IMG/VR virus record: IMGVR_UViG_3300044640_002221
Coordinates: 64,001 to 128,000 of that record
Strand: one strand, 5' to 3'
Source of the DNA: a virus
Length of the DNA stretch: 64,000 bases
Shown here: one piece after another, positions 63,601 through 64,000 of the stretch
How the letters are laid out: each line of letters starts with the position of its first letter
Numbering within the stretch: position 1 is the stretch's first letter
Notes under the pieces: model-generated
Seen by the model: only the letters and a program-made list of their open reading frames with translations
Database searches by the model: none
Told to the model about the DNA's origin: nothing
Translations under genes and position numbers: made by a program

Positions 63601-63972
63601 TAAGTCACCTTTTACAACATCAAGATGACACTGTTTAGGACTGCACCAGCATTTAACTTCTACAAAGCCATATTCTTCAACCTTGTTCCATAGTTGAGCT
63701 ATAGCAGAAAGAAAGTTAACTCTTGTAGGTTTCTTCCAAACTCTAGCTATATGGAAGTTATTATCTAAACCTCTCAAAACTGTCTGAGCAGCTCTTACTG
63801 GCTCAACACCTTGGTAAACTACAAGATTGTAGTAGTTACCATAAGCAGCCACAGATATAGCTCGGAGAGCTTCCTTGCGGTAGTCATGCTTGAAAGGATT
63901 ACCTAACAGACTTTCTCTGTCTCCATCAACTCTTACCTCTTCTGGAGAGTCGTAAGCGTGCTTTTTATTCAC
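60613..63972 (-). CDS. Polyvalent protein: DUF4326-like, macrodomain, SLOG-like and Pif1/RecD-type SF1B helicase
   Basis: LGNPF..CWC.PK.CH.D; IVQQVNC....GAGLA.AI..KWP..RLGSGLAGG; VVGGCSGVD; TGNAGTGKS, IDEVSM, GDFKQLEPV, QMRQ, AWAITFHGCQGMT, YVGSSRVR. Confidence 0.85.
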   Translation of the reverse strand: MNKKHAYDSPEEVRVDGDRESLLGNPFKHDYRKEALRAISVAAYGNYYNLVVYQGVEPVRAAQTVLRGLDNNFHIARVWKKPTRVNFLSAIAQLWNKVEEYGFVEVKCWCSPKQCHLDVVKGDLEKAGSRAVWEASIYVAPTVVEEPITVPELTEAEQNEVDAQEATVVAWDNSLKKPERAKPPATPLSRRSIVLPEVPPVVEEEEKQAPLSIALFTEQKDEQGGIPVINRRPRPNSNGGGIAVETPEANSVAPASEPLAKPQTNLTNILDVTCGVIVQQVNCCNVSGAGLALAIGQKWPLVDKEYKAKEWKLGDVQFVKVADKLYVANVAGQHYYSTRSRQTDFDALAKGLQEVRRFAEEQNLTVYVPHRLGSGLAGGPTEASKTATWTEVQNILAQVIPHAVIVEYKSSESATTVDEQFVAKHPLDGLPSVPGAERNKIKDDAMAAVATQFIGFPAKPGVASSTENYRIAWGARANIGVYTANDVVMVSGSGVFKSSGITEADAAKVFNERYIPLVNKAIAASSKFVVGGCSGVDELLKSYVESKNYSAEWVACSYKGYWLLTPAAPKVTGRARSVVKLDPLAWLTPYIEKLETWTANEVTALVKGLNPEQQQALRLILLGGNYVLTGNAGTGKSHLSSVAVKILKLLGYWIVPVATTGLASMNLQDSQGTINRATGVGKGFDNGAREWSAAQKMVGGVTSDKTKKRFSEVQKGRKYKGVIFLIDEVSMLDTCLGYVISEGLEINQRDEAAANKARKTPIQWLCVGDFKQLEPVGGEMIMNRAVFNHKGEEVIKASLMDKLDMKLINLKQQMRQAEGSEFAQELNLLALGEGHGKHRELENCPLIKGRLKASLDEMPEDALHVFALNDELIEWNRQELTKLKAKGNRSKVYSANISVNDRSYTRASFIENFKPVEENLELVVGAPIRVKQEIKDPSDSNKLPLAAKGSRGVIVALNDDSVDVKLRNGNIIEIGRVDLHAPLDENQIPVGRFNQIPIVLAWAITFHGCQGMTEDKVVAHAYTRKRVRPNDGQTVDVVLNGTEYGAKRPMFQNNAFYVGSSRVRKLEDLYFYTGCDTVDLVTETKEQRNYRASTYRRLMFNSYRTNLHVINWLKEQAVC

Positions 63973-64000
63973 AACGCTAACAAGACTCTGAATTAGAGAG

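Noticed and set aside
1-64000. Genome-wide stop-codon reassignment (TGA=Trp or TAG=Gln)
   Set aside because: Many genes end in TGA with ATGA overlaps or in TAG at gene junctions, and long ORFs are intact under the standard code.
1-64000. CRISPR or TIGR-like arrays
   Set aside because: I found no regularly spaced repeat-spacer units. The heptamer tract has no spacers and the A-tract module is dispersed.
1-64000. Apparent abundance of AGCT/CTAG and scarcity of CG
   Set aside because: This is an impression only and may follow from codon usage; it needs a k-mer observed/expected computation that I cannot run.

Overview
This window is a 64-kb segment of a large dsDNA phage-type genome. Genes are densely packed, often overlap, and lie almost all on the minus strand. 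The host is very likely a cyanobacterium, based on a group-2-like sigma70, a cyanophage-type tail fibre, a cyanobacterial-type cell-wall enzyme and at least 11 HIP1 (GCGATCGC) sites. Recognisable genes: family-A DNA polymerase, RecA, a probable Holliday-junction resolvase, tail fibre, sigma factor, GH24 lysozyme, a VWA protein, rIIA/rIIB, two methyltransferase-like genes, ATP-grasp ligase, a second GHKL ATPase, a 2OG-Fe(II)-like protein, two MazG-like proteins, RNA ligase, dNMP kinase, RNase H, two orphan HicB-like proteins, three tRNAs (Arg-TCT, Thr-TGT, His-GTG) and a DUF4326-macro-SLOG-Pif1 polyvalent helicase. Main observations: (1) polA is interrupted at catalytic motif A (DYAG|QEL) by a 1.7-kb group I intron with two ORFs, and its LAGLIDADG gene sits inside a tRNA-Leu-like shell nested in intron P8. 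(2) Just upstream, the polA frame is broken by four in-frame stops, with a winged-helix ORF in the +1 frame. (3) A standalone ~290-nt structured ncRNA with 13 heptamer repeats, its own promoter and a terminator follows a helical-hairpin protein gene. (4) There is a sense-oriented 13-bp palindrome (8 copies), a terminator/A-tract intergenic module (~20 copies) and two 42-nt IS200/IS605-end-like insertions. All protein assignments come from motif recognition by eye; no searches were run.
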